NCBI GenBank assembly: GCA_963777605.1
Contig: CAVZRV010000031.1
Location: forward strand, 448,001-512,000
Length of the DNA: 64,000 nt
DNA from: an uncultured Acidobacteriota bacterium
GTDB lineage: Bacteria; Acidobacteriota; UBA6911; RPQK01; JAPXNP01
Direction: 5' to 3'
The notes below the pieces were generated by a model that worked only from the letters and a program-made list of their open reading frames with translations, was not told the DNA's origin and ran no database searches. Of the stretch, positions 1 to 10,017 are shown one piece after another. The position numbers and the translations under genes are program-made. Numbering within the stretch: position 1 is the stretch's first letter; each line of letters begins with the position of its first letter.

Positions 1-308
1 ATCTTGGACCGGAAACCCTTCAAAAAGGCTTCCCGGTCCGGCCCCGAGAGTTCGGCGGCTTTTTCGGGAACCAGCTTTCGGGCCTCTTCGAAGTTCTCCC
101 GGACAGTCTGCACGATCGCCAGATTCTCGGCCTTCCTGGCGGCATCTCCAATCTGTCCACGCAGTTCGCGCAGGTGATCGTTGATGCTGTCCATGTGCTT
201 GGCGAGGGGCGTATCTTCCTCGAAGACAGCGGAATTCGCAGGTGAGGCAACCAGGAGCGGCACGGTAACAGTAGATAAAATCAGAGCAAGCAAAAGCACT
301 CGTTTCAT
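1..308 (-). CDS. Secreted cytochrome b562-like four-helix-bundle protein (3' end beyond window edge)
   Basis: Not in the ORF track because it runs off the edge. ATG at 308 follows an AAGGAG RBS and reads MKRVLLLALILSTVTVPLLVASPANSAVFEEDTPLAKHMDSINDHLRELRGQIGDAARKAENLAIVQTVRENFEEARKLVPEKAAELSGPDREAFLKGFRSK. It has a signal peptide and a helical pattern resembling cytochrome b562 (early Met ligand). It lies directly downstream of a c-type cytochrome gene. Confidence 0.65.
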   Translation of the reverse strand, partial: MKRVLLLALILSTVTVPLLVASPANSAVFEEDTPLAKHMDSINDHLRELRGQIGDAARKAENLAIVQTVRENFEEARKLVPEKAAELSGPDREAFLKGFRSK

Positions 309-324
309 GTAGTCGATCTCCTTA

Positions 325-1572
325 CTATTTGGAACGGCCCAGGATCAAACCATCGGGCCAAGCTGCACCTTTCAGAATCCACTCCTTGATGGTGTCGGCC
401 TCTTCAGGGGACAGTCGAGGGCGGTCGTCCGGGGGCATGGGATGAATCTCTTCCAGCGGCAACTCCTTCTCCGCCGTGACAAATTCGTACATCAGGCTTT
501 CCGCGGGTTCGCCCGGTTTGACCGCAGCCTTGCCGTTAAAGAACGCAATGTCTCCACCTTTCAGCGCCGCGTCCCGGTAGTCCATCCGATAGCCGCTCTT
601 CTGCTTCTCAGGTCCGTGGCACTCCAGGCAGTGGTCCTGGAGAATAACCGCTACCCGGGAGAACCCGGGCGCCGGAGCGTCATTCGCCGGGGCAGCGGGA
701 GCAGTCCCCTGCTCCGGTTGTTCCCGGTGACTCTTCGCTGGACGGAACTCAAAGAGACCTTCGAGGTCGAGCGGTCCCCTGTCCATAAGGTCCACAAGAA
801 AGTCGGCCAGCGTGTCCAGTTCCTCCTCCGGTATGACGTCCCGGTAGACCGGCATCTTAATGGCCTGCCGGTTGGTGAAGTACCGTCCCGGGTTGAACCC
901 TGCAAAACCCTGCCCCCAGAAGAACTGGGAGTGCCCGTCCAGAATCCACTCGCGGATGTCCTGCCGGTTCCCGTTTCGCGTCAGGGCCCTGAAGTCGCTG
1001 CCGAAAAACCCGGGGACGTAACCCTTGAGCGACCCGGGGTTCTCGACACCTCCCTGGCCCAATTCACCGTGACAGGTGAAACAGGCATACTTGCGGGCAA
1101 GGCTCTCTCCCTCGGACCGCGAGCCGGTCTTCAAGGCTTCGGCGCGATACTGCCTCACCGCCACGAAACTGGCCAGGTCATTGATCTCCGGGTCGATGAG
1201 ACGTTCCCCATAGGCAGGCATGTGGAGGATTCGACGTTCCCTTCCCTGCTGGTAGGCCGCAGACCGCGACTGCGCGTCGGACACCCCGTTGCGAATCCAC
1301 TGCCTCAATTCGTCAGGAGAATGCCGCTCTGAGTAGAGCGCGGGAACAGACTCTGCCGCCCCTCCCGTCCGTATTGGATTGATTGAACTCGGCCCCCCCG
1401 AACCGTGGCAGGAGAAACAACCGGCTTCGATTGCAAGATCGTAACCCCGATGGGCAGGAGAGTACTCCGGGAAGAGTTCGTTGTGGAAGAGCACCAGGAG
1501 TAGCAGAATCACCGCTACCAGGGTCAAAACAATACCGAGGACCAGTGGGGTCTTGCGAATCGTACCGTTCAT
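325..1572 (-). CDS. Membrane-anchored triheme c-type cytochrome with C-terminal planctomycete-type cytochrome c domain
   Basis: N-terminal TM helix and three CxxCH motifs (CFSCH, CFTCH, CLECH). The C-terminal domain reads CLECHGPEKQKSGYRMD...PGEPAESL...MPP...IKEWILKGA. Start placed at the ATG of MNGTIRK. Confidence 0.85.
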   Translation of the reverse strand: MNGTIRKTPLVLGIVLTLVAVILLLLVLFHNELFPEYSPAHRGYDLAIEAGCFSCHGSGGPSSINPIRTGGAAESVPALYSERHSPDELRQWIRNGVSDAQSRSAAYQQGRERRILHMPAYGERLIDPEINDLASFVAVRQYRAEALKTGSRSEGESLARKYACFTCHGELGQGGVENPGSLKGYVPGFFGSDFRALTRNGNRQDIREWILDGHSQFFWGQGFAGFNPGRYFTNRQAIKMPVYRDVIPEEELDTLADFLVDLMDRGPLDLEGLFEFRPAKSHREQPEQGTAPAAPANDAPAPGFSRVAVILQDHCLECHGPEKQKSGYRMDYRDAALKGGDIAFFNGKAAVKPGEPAESLMYEFVTAEKELPLEEIHPMPPDDRPRLSPEEADTIKEWILKGAAWPDGLILGRSK

Positions 1573-1701
1573 GCCGCTCCAAACAACGAGAGTGCCTTGG
1601 AAGCTTCTACGACAACTGCACTGCAACAGTTTCAGGGATTCTCAACCTATTGGTTCCGGATTCTAAAAGATGACGCCGACGTGGGATAGACTTACACCTC
1701 A

Positions 1702-3729
1702 ATGTCCGATGATTTTCCCTGGCTGGCCGAACTGAATGACGAGCAGCGCCGTGCAGTCTGCCACGAGACCGGTCCGCTCCTCGTAGTGGCAGGAGCAGGC
1801 AGCGGAAAGACGCGAACTCTCGCCTGCCGGGTAGCCTATCTCATCGCCAGAGGAACCCGGCCTGAGCGGATCCTCCTGCTCACTTTCACGCGCCGGGCGG
1901 CTGAAGAGATGATCCGGCGGGCCATGTCGATCGTCGAGCGCCAGTCCGGCAAAACCGGTCGAGTCTGGGGCGGAACCTTTCACTCTATTGCCAGCCGCCT
2001 GCTGCGACTTCACGGGAAGCTCGCGGGGTTGTCACCCGATTTCACGGTCATGGACCAGGCGGATGCCGAGGACCTGATTGACGTCATCCGCCACGAACTT
2101 GACCTCCACCAGAAAGGAAAGCGGTTTCCTCGCAAGCAGACTTGTCTGGCTATCTACTCCAGGAGAGTCAACGGGGAGGAATCCCTCGAAGAGGTCGTCG
2201 ATCGCTTCTTCCCCTGGTGTGCCGATTGGAAGGACCAGCTCAAGCTGCTGTTCCGCCGTTATGTGGAGCGGAAACAACAGCGCCAGGTCCTCGATTACGA
2301 CGACCTGCTTCTCTACCTGGCGACACTTCTGGCCGACCCCAAAGCAGGCAGGCTGATCGGACAACGCTTCGATCACGTCCTGGTGGACGAATACCAGGAC
2401 ACCAACAAGCTGCAGGCTTCAATTCTGCGGGGACTCCAGATCCCAAACGACAACATCATGGTGGTGGGCGACGACGCCCAGAGCATCTATAGTTTTCGCG
2501 CCGCCTCCATCGACAATATGTTTCGTTTCCCCGACGACTTTCCCGGCACGACGATGGTGACGCTCGAGCAGAACTATCGGTCCGTGTCGCCCATCCTGGA
2601 AACCACCAACCGGTTGATCCGACAGGCCTCGAAGCGCTACACAAAGGACCTCAGATCGACCCGCGGAGAAGGCAGGCGACCGCTCCTCGTGACCTGCCTC
2701 GACGAGCGGGACCAGGATGAGTTCGTCGTCAAACACATCCTCGAGCATTACGAAGAGAACATCCCCCTGCGCCGCCAGGCGGTTCTCTTTCGGGCCGCGC
2801 ACCTGTCGAATTCTCTGGAGGCCGAACTGACCCGGAGAAACATCCCTTACCACAAGTACGGCGGCCTCCGGTTTCTGGAAGCCGCCCACATTAAGGACCT
2901 GGTCGCGTATCTGAGGGTGGTCGAGAACCCGAGGGATGAAATCGCCTGGTTCCGGATCCTCAAGCTGGTGGAGGGCGTGGGCCCGGGAACAGCGGCAAGA
3001 GCGTTCGCCCACGTCGCCTCCAACAACTATGATCCAGGAACCCTGGCCACGTTCCGCGCACCCGCGGCCGCAACCGGCAGGCTGGCCCGTTACGCACGGC
3101 TTCTCGGGCAACTTCGCGGGGACCAGAAGACCGGGCCGGCGGAGCAGATCGAACTGATACGGAAACTGTACGACCCGATGCTCGAACAGCTTTACGAGAA
3201 CCCGGCGGTTCGCCGACGGGACCTGGAGAACCTGCAGCAGATCGCGTCGCGGCACAGATCCCGGCGTGCGTTCCTGACCGACCTCCACCTGGACCCTCCG
3301 ACGTCGACCTCAGACCTGGCGGGACCGCCGGACAAAGACGAGGACTGGCTGGTGCTCTCCACCATCCACTCTGCGAAAGGCGGTGAATGGGACTCGGTAT
3401 TTGTGATTCACGCCGCCGACGGCTGCCTGCCGTCGGACATGTCCACCGGCTCGAAGCAGGAGATCGAAGAGGAACTCCGGTTGACCTACGTCGCCATGAC
3501 ACGGGCTCGGGACTTCCTTTACGTGGTCTGGCCGCTGCGTTACTACCACAGCCGGCATTCCTTTACCGATCGACACAGTTATGCCCAGCGCTGCCGTTTC
3601 ATCACCGACGATGTCGAATCCTCCATGGAGCAGTACTCTTCGGCGCAAGCCCGGGAAGTCGATGAAGAACCGGCAACGGACGGAGAGGGGATGGATATTG
3701 CTGCAAGAATCCGATCAATGTGGGACTAG
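1702..3729 (+). CDS. UvrD/Rep/PcrA-family ATP-dependent DNA helicase
   Basis: LNDEQ Q-motif, AGAGSGKT Walker A, VDEYQD Walker B, VGDDAQSIYSFR, LEQNYRS, STIHSAKG and YVAMTRA. Confidence 0.95.
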   Translation: MSDDFPWLAELNDEQRRAVCHETGPLLVVAGAGSGKTRTLACRVAYLIARGTRPERILLLTFTRRAAEEMIRRAMSIVERQSGKTGRVWGGTFHSIASRLLRLHGKLAGLSPDFTVMDQADAEDLIDVIRHELDLHQKGKRFPRKQTCLAIYSRRVNGEESLEEVVDRFFPWCADWKDQLKLLFRRYVERKQQRQVLDYDDLLLYLATLLADPKAGRLIGQRFDHVLVDEYQDTNKLQASILRGLQIPNDNIMVVGDDAQSIYSFRAASIDNMFRFPDDFPGTTMVTLEQNYRSVSPILETTNRLIRQASKRYTKDLRSTRGEGRRPLLVTCLDERDQDEFVVKHILEHYEENIPLRRQAVLFRAAHLSNSLEAELTRRNIPYHKYGGLRFLEAAHIKDLVAYLRVVENPRDEIAWFRILKLVEGVGPGTAARAFAHVASNNYDPGTLATFRAPAAATGRLARYARLLGQLRGDQKTGPAEQIELIRKLYDPMLEQLYENPAVRRRDLENLQQIASRHRSRRAFLTDLHLDPPTSTSDLAGPPDKDEDWLVLSTIHSAKGGEWDSVFVIHAADGCLPSDMSTGSKQEIEEELRLTYVAMTRARDFLYVVWPLRYYHSRHSFTDRHSYAQRCRFITDDVESSMEQYSSAQAREVDEEPATDGEGMDIAARIRSMWD

Positions 3730-3753
3730 TGTCCTGTCACGCATCAAATGACC

Positions 3754-6417
3754 CTAATCGGTCGCGAATCGAACGGTCACATCCGAAGTCCCTCCGGCCC
3801 CGGCGTCGAAATGGAGTGTCTGCTCGCAGGTCTGTCCCGGGACCACCCCGGACAGGTCCACCGTGAAATAGATCTCCTGCTCTCCCCTCAAGTTCCCTTC
3901 GGTGGCGGTGGTCACGACCGGGCCTCCCGAACGGACCAAGGTCCAGGCGAGTGAATTGCCGCCTCCGACGTTGATGAGCTTTATCCTTCGCAACTGGCGG
4001 GCACGTTCCGGATTCAGGATTCCGAGGTCGATCTCACCGGGTTCGACGACCAACTGGGGATCGGGTTCGTTGACCAGGGCTCCGAGACGGTTCTGTTCTT
4101 CGAAGAGGCGGACACCGTTCTTGGAGGCCGACAGGGTGAGAATCAGCCAACCGCCTCCCTCCGTTACGGGAATCCTGAAATCAAAACGGCCCAGCATCTT
4201 TTCACCGTAGGGCACTTCGTACGTTTCAGTCCTGGATCCGAGCGGATTCAAAACACCGTCACGAGGGTGCAACACTCCGATTGACCAATTGACATCGACC
4301 GTCGTGCCGCCATTGAGTTCATCGTTGTACACCACGATCCTTCGGTCGATCCGCTCCCCGATCCGAAATACCGGGCGTCGAACACCGATCACACCAGTCC
4401 GGTCGTGCTCGAGGTCGAATACCGCAACCGGGGCACAGGAGTCTCTCCAGTATTCATAGCCGTCCCCGTGGATCACATCCGGAAAGGCCGGGTCGGACAC
4501 ATTCACGATCGGCCGATCCAGGACTTTCGGCTTGATACCATCGGCCGCAGGATCGTCCCAATTCGGCCGGATCGTCTCTTCGACCGGTTCGAAACAGTAC
4601 CACCAGTCAGCGTAGAGCCGGGAATCGGAGAGTCCCGCAAAACGCATGGCACGGAGAAATCGGGCAACTCCGCGAACCCATTCCGCCTGAGAAATCCGAT
4701 CCGGATTGTTCCACTCACCACGCTCGGTGCGATTGCCGCTCAGACTTCCGTCGGCCGCCTTAAGGGGCCACCCGTCTGCGAAGAGAGCTTCTCCTTCACC
4801 CATGGGCTTCGAAGAGTTGTTGGTGTAAATCCCGTAGAGATCAGTGGTGTTGAAAACCTCCATCGGATAGCCACCCGTGTAGTGGATCGATTCCACGTCT
4901 CCCTCGAAATCACCCGGGCGGATGCCCTCGTGAAAGACCGGCCGCGTGGAATCCACTTCGCGGGCTGCCTGGTAGGTGAATTCGGGGAGGCGAGAACCCC
5001 AGCACTCGTTCCCGATGATCCACATCACGATAGAAGGGTGGTTCCTCCGCTCGGTCACCCAGCGGCGCACCCAATCCATGTAATTGAAACGGGCCCGGTC
5101 GTCGGTCCGTTGAAAGGTCTCCCAGAATGGGGCCTCATCCATCACCATCATGCCGGACTCGTCACAGAGGTCATAGAGCAGGTCGATCCCGCTCGCCTTG
5201 TGTGGTCTCAGAACGTTCATGTTCAGCTGTCGGTACTCTTCCAGCAGGCGTCGCTGCATCGCCGGAACAAGTTCCCTGGTGGAAATCACCGGTGCCGTCG
5301 CCGGGCCGTGCCGGTACCCTTCGTGCCATGAGAACTCGAAGGCATCTCCTCGCAGCTTCACCGGAACTCCGTTGAGCTCGAAGTGGTTCCCTACCACCCT
5401 GAATTCTCGGAACCCAAATCGATACTCGGATCGGTCAAGGACCTCTCCGGCCCCGGCCAGCTCGACCTCGACCCGGTACAGGTGAGGATCGTACGGCCAC
5501 CAGTAGGAAGCGTCCGTCCAGGGTACCGATTCCCAGGAAACCGTTTCGCGGGATCCCGGCGGGATTTCAAGCGTCCGGGAAAGGAAGTCCTTTCCTCGCC
5601 TGCCCGCCGTCGACACCGCCCGGCAACGCAAGGTGATCCAGGCTTCACTCGAGGTGTCGTTCTCCACAGTCATCCGAATCGTGATCTCGTCGTCTGCAGA
5701 ACTCCGGTTCCCCTTCAGATCGGTGATGATCTGGGCATCTGAGACTCGGACCTTTGGGACGAACCGGAGTTTCACGTCGCCGTTGATACCCCGTCGGCCG
5801 TCGTAATGATCGACGCCATAGGGATAGAGCAGCTTCCCGTCGGCGAAGACATCGGCGGGAAAGTCCAGTTCTTCCAAATTCAGCTGATCCTCACCGTGAA
5901 CCAGGCTCTGTCCGCCCCAGACCCGTACCTCGAGTTCGTTCTCCGAGTCGAACTTCACCAGCGGAGTGATGTCCAGGACGTAAGGAAGCTGCATCATCAG
6001 GTAGCCATCGGTGGTTTCTCCGCCCGCACGGTGACCGTTGACCAGAACCTGGGACAGGACGGAGATCCTGCGAAAATCGAGTAAAATCTCCCGGTCCGAA
6101 GCTCCATCGGGCAAGAGAAACCTGCGCCGGTAGACCCCATGGCGCAGATGCAGCCACTCCTGGGGGTACCCATAGTCCTGGGGTGCATCCCAGAACGACG
6201 GCACCTGGATGTCGAATCGCTGACTCCCTCCGGCGGGGTAGAAATCCCAGGTTCCGTTGAGCGACACCGACTGTCGAACCTGGTCAACCGCCGGACTGGA
6301 ACAGGAGACAGCCGCCCCGAGCAGCAAGAACCCGGCAAACCCAACGACGAACAGATCGGCGAGGGGAAAGCTGCCGACATGAGGTTGTCCGCTTCCCTGC
6401 CTTCCACAAAGGCTCAG
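3754..6417 (-). CDS. Glycoside hydrolase family 2 lipoprotein with C-terminal Ig/BACON-like domain
   Basis: SLNGTWDF, FGFREFRV, FELNGVP, YDLCDESGMMVMDEAP and RNHPSIVMWIIGNE (acid/base Glu). The frame stays open upstream of 6327 to a CTG at 6417 behind AAGGAGG, so the start is uncertain. Confidence 0.85.
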   Translation of the reverse strand: MSLCGRQGSGQPHVGSFPLADLFVVGFAGFLLLGAAVSCSSPAVDQVRQSVSLNGTWDFYPAGGSQRFDIQVPSFWDAPQDYGYPQEWLHLRHGVYRRRFLLPDGASDREILLDFRRISVLSQVLVNGHRAGGETTDGYLMMQLPYVLDITPLVKFDSENELEVRVWGGQSLVHGEDQLNLEELDFPADVFADGKLLYPYGVDHYDGRRGINGDVKLRFVPKVRVSDAQIITDLKGNRSSADDEITIRMTVENDTSSEAWITLRCRAVSTAGRRGKDFLSRTLEIPPGSRETVSWESVPWTDASYWWPYDPHLYRVEVELAGAGEVLDRSEYRFGFREFRVVGNHFELNGVPVKLRGDAFEFSWHEGYRHGPATAPVISTRELVPAMQRRLLEEYRQLNMNVLRPHKASGIDLLYDLCDESGMMVMDEAPFWETFQRTDDRARFNYMDWVRRWVTERRNHPSIVMWIIGNECWGSRLPEFTYQAAREVDSTRPVFHEGIRPGDFEGDVESIHYTGGYPMEVFNTTDLYGIYTNNSSKPMGEGEALFADGWPLKAADGSLSGNRTERGEWNNPDRISQAEWVRGVARFLRAMRFAGLSDSRLYADWWYCFEPVEETIRPNWDDPAADGIKPKVLDRPIVNVSDPAFPDVIHGDGYEYWRDSCAPVAVFDLEHDRTGVIGVRRPVFRIGERIDRRIVVYNDELNGGTTVDVNWSIGVLHPRDGVLNPLGSRTETYEVPYGEKMLGRFDFRIPVTEGGGWLILTLSASKNGVRLFEEQNRLGALVNEPDPQLVVEPGEIDLGILNPERARQLRRIKLINVGGGNSLAWTLVRSGGPVVTTATEGNLRGEQEIYFTVDLSGVVPGQTCEQTLHFDAGAGGTSDVTVRFATD

Positions 6418-7955
6418 TGAGAACCTCCTTCGGAACCGGAAGGTTGCCAGGTTCCTTCCATCGGCCAGAAGGACACATCCATCACCGCCGCGCCGCCTTC
6501 CGAAAAGAGGTCGATTTGGGAAGTTTCAGCGGCCGGCATCACGACCCGGCTAGCGGCGACCTTACCGCCGTCCGCAAAGACTTCGAGGACGCTCTTGTCC
6601 AGAAAAGCACGCAGCTCAACCGCCGAACCGGCAGCGGGAAGTTCGGAACTCGCCACGCGAAGAGTGTCCCCGTCCCAACTCAACTCGGCTCCGTCATTGC
6701 CGGTAAATCGCACCCCCGCCCGGGACGCCCCGCCCAGTTCGATACGCACTTGAAGTTCCCCCGACCGGTTTGAAAAGTCTTTCACGAGCGTCGTCAGGCC
6801 CACCACCTTCACCCGGCTCCAGTCCTCCTCTTTTCCGCGCAGATCCGCGAGGCCCGGGACCGCTTCCTGGACGAGCTCCCCCTCGGAGTCGAGGGATAAT
6901 TTCCGGGGAAGAGCCAGACAACCGTTCCAACCCCTCCCTTCCGGAAATCCTCTCACCCATCCCAGAAGCCAGCAGGTCCCATCGCCGTCAAACGCGATAT
7001 TGCTGGCATAATAGTTGGCGCTCTCACCCTCGCCATAGTCCAGGATCCCTTGCCGCTCCGGCTCGAACCTGCCCTGCTCGGGGGAAAATGACCCGATCCA
7101 GTATTCCAGCCGGTCGTACGGAGAAATGATCAGGACCCACCTATCTCCGAGGGGGAAAAAGTTCGGGCATTCTGGAAACTCGATTTCCGACTTCGGCCAA
7201 TCAAATAGGAACCCGCGAAAGATCCATTTCAGGAGGGAGTCATCGGTCGCCTCATAGAGCGGAATCACGGCCCGATCCTCCGTGTCGGCACCCAGGACCA
7301 GGAATGTTCGTCCCCCGGACTTGAAAAGAAACGGGTCTCTCCAGTCTCGTCCCAGCTTAGGACCACCCGCCTGATCCAGGAAGAGAACCGGGTTGCCCGA
7401 GAACTTCTGCCACTTCAGCCAGTCGGGTGTGCCCAAAGCCGCCCACTGCTCGTTCGGTCGCCCGCCGGAAGGAGCTACGCTGGTGTAAATCAGCAGGGGA
7501 CGGCCGTCGGACAACCCAGCGGACCCGGAGAAACAGTGTTCCTCGCCGAGAGCTTTCGAGGGCCACAGCGCGATGGGCAATTGTTCCCAGTGAACCAGGT
7601 CCCGACTGCGGGCGTGTCCCCAGTGCATATTCCCCCACTTGTCCCCGTAGGGGTTGTGTTGATAGAAGAGCTGGAGGTAACCATCAGCAAAGATCGTTCC
7701 GTTGGGATCGTTCATCCAATAGGCCGGGGGCCGAAAGTGAAAAGAAGGCCGGGCAGGATCCGCGTCGGCCACCGCCTCAGCAGCGCGAACCGAAGTCATG
7801 GCCCGAGCGACTGCGGCACTCCCATCGTCATCCACAGCGGACTTCGTGCAGGCTGAAAATCCCAGGGCAAGCAGGGACAACAAACAGAGTCCCCAACCGC
7901 CCGTGCGCGTCAGTCCAAAATTCTTCCCGGAGCAACCGGTGAGGAGGTGTCTCAT
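6414..7955 (-). CDS. Glycoside hydrolase family 32 (beta-fructosidase/levanase-like) lipoprotein
   Basis: WMNDPNG, MHWGHA, FSGSA, WRDP and ECP motifs, C-terminal LDKSVLEVF, lipobox-like FSAC. Confidence 0.93.
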   Translation of the reverse strand: MRHLLTGCSGKNFGLTRTGGWGLCLLSLLALGFSACTKSAVDDDGSAAVARAMTSVRAAEAVADADPARPSFHFRPPAYWMNDPNGTIFADGYLQLFYQHNPYGDKWGNMHWGHARSRDLVHWEQLPIALWPSKALGEEHCFSGSAGLSDGRPLLIYTSVAPSGGRPNEQWAALGTPDWLKWQKFSGNPVLFLDQAGGPKLGRDWRDPFLFKSGGRTFLVLGADTEDRAVIPLYEATDDSLLKWIFRGFLFDWPKSEIEFPECPNFFPLGDRWVLIISPYDRLEYWIGSFSPEQGRFEPERQGILDYGEGESANYYASNIAFDGDGTCWLLGWVRGFPEGRGWNGCLALPRKLSLDSEGELVQEAVPGLADLRGKEEDWSRVKVVGLTTLVKDFSNRSGELQVRIELGGASRAGVRFTGNDGAELSWDGDTLRVASSELPAAGSAVELRAFLDKSVLEVFADGGKVAASRVVMPAAETSQIDLFSEGGAAVMDVSFWPMEGTWQPSGSEGGSH

Positions 7956-8042
7956 GAAACGAATCTAGCAGGGCCATCCTCATCGCTCAAGAGGCTGAAA
8001 TGAGAGCTCCGTCGCCATCCCCGCCTCCTGTTCAACGCATAC

Positions 8043-8735
8043 CTACCAGTCAAGGCCGACAGCTTCCGTGAGGAACTTCATGAATGAGGCCCCCTCCTGG
8101 CATGTCGCGGCAAACTCGTCGATGAACCCCGGAGACTGCACCTGCTCTTCACCGAGGTCGCGAAAAAGCACGTAGTCCTTCCACTTCAGGTCCTCGATCA
8201 GTGGATGTGCGGGGTCGAAGCCTTTCGGGGGACGTCGGAGGCGATCTCCGCCGAGCTTGAATCGTCTGGGATCCGAGCCATCCCGCAGCGCATCGCTCCA
8301 GTCCTCAGGACGCCGCACGATCGCCCTGCGGATTTTGAGAAGAGTCGGGCCATCGGGCCGCCAGATCCCGCAGCCTGCAAAGCATCCTCCCGGCTCAAGG
8401 TGGAGGTAGTAGCCGGGAGCGTGTACATCCTTGCCGGCTCGGTGGCGGAACTGAATGCCGGCCGCAACCTTGTAAGGGCTCTTGTCCTTCGAAAACCGGA
8501 TATCGCGGTTGATCCGGAAAAGCGACCCTCCAGAGCGTCGGGGGTCCGCCACAAAGTTCGGACTAATAGCACGAAGCCGGAAGTCGAACTCCCGGATGAA
8601 TTGCAGCAGTGGCTCCCGCACCACGCATTCGAATCGATCCTTGTTGGCGGCAAACCATTCGCGGTTGTTGTTCTCGCGGAGCTCGCGGAAAAAGGCAAAC
8701 AACTCTCCAGTGACGTGGGATGAAGACTTCGTCAA
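8043..8735 (-). CDS. DUF2461 (TIGR02453) family protein
   Basis: NNNREWFAANK, FRINRDIRFSKDKSPYK, GYYLHLEPG and LRRPPKGF..HP.IEDLK motifs. Confidence 0.9.
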   Translation of the reverse strand: MTKSSSHVTGELFAFFRELRENNNREWFAANKDRFECVVREPLLQFIREFDFRLRAISPNFVADPRRSGGSLFRINRDIRFSKDKSPYKVAAGIQFRHRAGKDVHAPGYYLHLEPGGCFAGCGIWRPDGPTLLKIRRAIVRRPEDWSDALRDGSDPRRFKLGGDRLRRPPKGFDPAHPLIEDLKWKDYVLFRDLGEEQVQSPGFIDEFAATCQEGASFMKFLTEAVGLDW

Positions 8736-8772
8736 GCGCTTTTCTCCTCAAAGCATTGTTTGACCCGGGAGC

Positions 8773-8823
8773 AAAAAAGGCAACGGCAGCGCCGTCTTGC
8801 GAGACAAGTGGCGCTGCCGTGCC
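8773..8823 (-). terminator. Rho-independent terminator (minus strand)
   Basis: GGCAACGGCAGCGCC...GGCGCTGCCGTGCC stem followed by U6 on the minus strand, downstream of the pilin/DUF5658 genes. Confidence 0.7.
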
Positions 8824-8939
8824 CTTAAGGAGGAGTGGAGTATGCTTCCACTGAGTATGATGCAGACAGGCCCCAAGTGTTTCGCTGGAAGCGCTCAAAA
8901 ATTTCCAAAGATTAAAAGACTGCCCGCCGGAGTTGAATC

Positions 8940-9395
8940 TCAGCCGCCGGACAGGAGAGCGATCTCGTAGACGACGATAGAAAGGTAGGTGAGGATCAGC
9001 GTCCCGATCAGCCAGACAACTCGAATCCTCCGTTTGGCGATCACGAAATTCCAGTGAAGCAGAAGCACGAAAACCGCAAACAATGTCAGGCCCAGCTTGA
9101 TCGCGAGGAAGGCTCCGTCACTGTGTTGCAGCCCGAGATGAAGCAAGGGGTTCATCTCGTGGAAATTTCGATTGTCGAACAGGCGAAGGGAAAATACGGC
9201 GTCAAGGGTCGACAACAAGATCAGGCTCACGGCACACGCCCAGCCCGCGGCCGGAGGCCGATCGACGTAGCTGTTCGGTTCTCCGGGACCCGGCTTACGC
9301 CGCCGGCCGCGAAACAGGTAGCGGGAAATCGGCGGCGTCGGCCGTCTTCTTCGGTCTGGAAACGGAAGATTGCGAGACATACTCACAGCCAGCAC
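8940..9395 (-). CDS. DUF5658-like small membrane protein
   Basis: DRRR..T......GRRR...YVDR N-terminus, then LSTLDAVFSL...EMNPLL and three hydrophobic helices. The start may be the ATG a few codons downstream. Confidence 0.7.
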   Translation of the reverse strand: MLAVSMSRNLPFPDRRRRPTPPISRYLFRGRRRKPGPGEPNSYVDRPPAAGWACAVSLILLSTLDAVFSLRLFDNRNFHEMNPLLHLGLQHSDGAFLAIKLGLTLFAVFVLLLHWNFVIAKRRIRVVWLIGTLILTYLSIVVYEIALLSGG

Positions 9396-9445
9396 AGAGT
9401 ACCCGGCGAGTTACCGGAGAATTGTGACAATGATCACCGGGGAAA

Positions 9446-9922
9446 TCAGTTTTGCGGTCCGGATGAATCCAGTGGCGCAGACCCGACATTGGCCGGCCCG
9501 CCCACGCTCCATCGTATGAGTCCGGACTGGTCAATGAAAAAATAGCGATCTCCCGTGACTCCCGGATTACTCGGGCTCGCGGTGCCCCACCATTGGGTCC
9601 TCGAGCCCGCCGGGTTGTCGAGGCTGAAATTGTAACCCATGCGGTCCGGATCGGGGTTGCCGATCAATCCCGCTGCCAGCAACTGCTCGTCGTCGTTCGC
9701 ATAGCAGCTATGCAAATTGTAGTAAATCTCCTGGGCCGAGGACCAGGTGCGAATGTAGGCGATCGCTGCAACCTCGAAAGCGGCTTTTTTGGAACTGATC
9801 AGGCTGGGAACTGCCAACGCCGCGATTATTGCGATCACTGCGATGACGATCATCAGTTCAAGCAAAGAGAAACCGCGAGATCGATTAACGCCCTTGTCTC
9901 CAAAATCCTTCGCTCGATTCAT
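9446..9922 (-). CDS. Type IV pilin / pseudopilin with prepilin N-terminal cleavage-methylation motif
   Basis: RG|FSLLELMIVIAVIAIIAALAVP class III signal; C-terminal TGDRYFFIDQSGLIR. Confidence 0.9.
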   Translation of the reverse strand: MNRAKDFGDKGVNRSRGFSLLELMIVIAVIAIIAALAVPSLISSKKAAFEVAAIAYIRTWSSAQEIYYNLHSCYANDDEQLLAAGLIGNPDPDRMGYNFSLDNPAGSRTQWWGTASPSNPGVTGDRYFFIDQSGLIRWSVGGPANVGSAPLDSSGPQN

Positions 9923-10017
9923 CAGACCCTCCACTTTCCTGAAAAGGATACGAAGGACGAGCCCGGCGCCCGGTGACGGCCATCACAGATGAGCTCTTAA
10001 TCAACTCCGTCTCCACT

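Noticed and set aside
1702-3729. UvrD helicase as part of an anti-phage defence system
   Set aside because: No nuclease, ATPase or other defence partner is adjacent; it looks like a stand-alone repair helicase.
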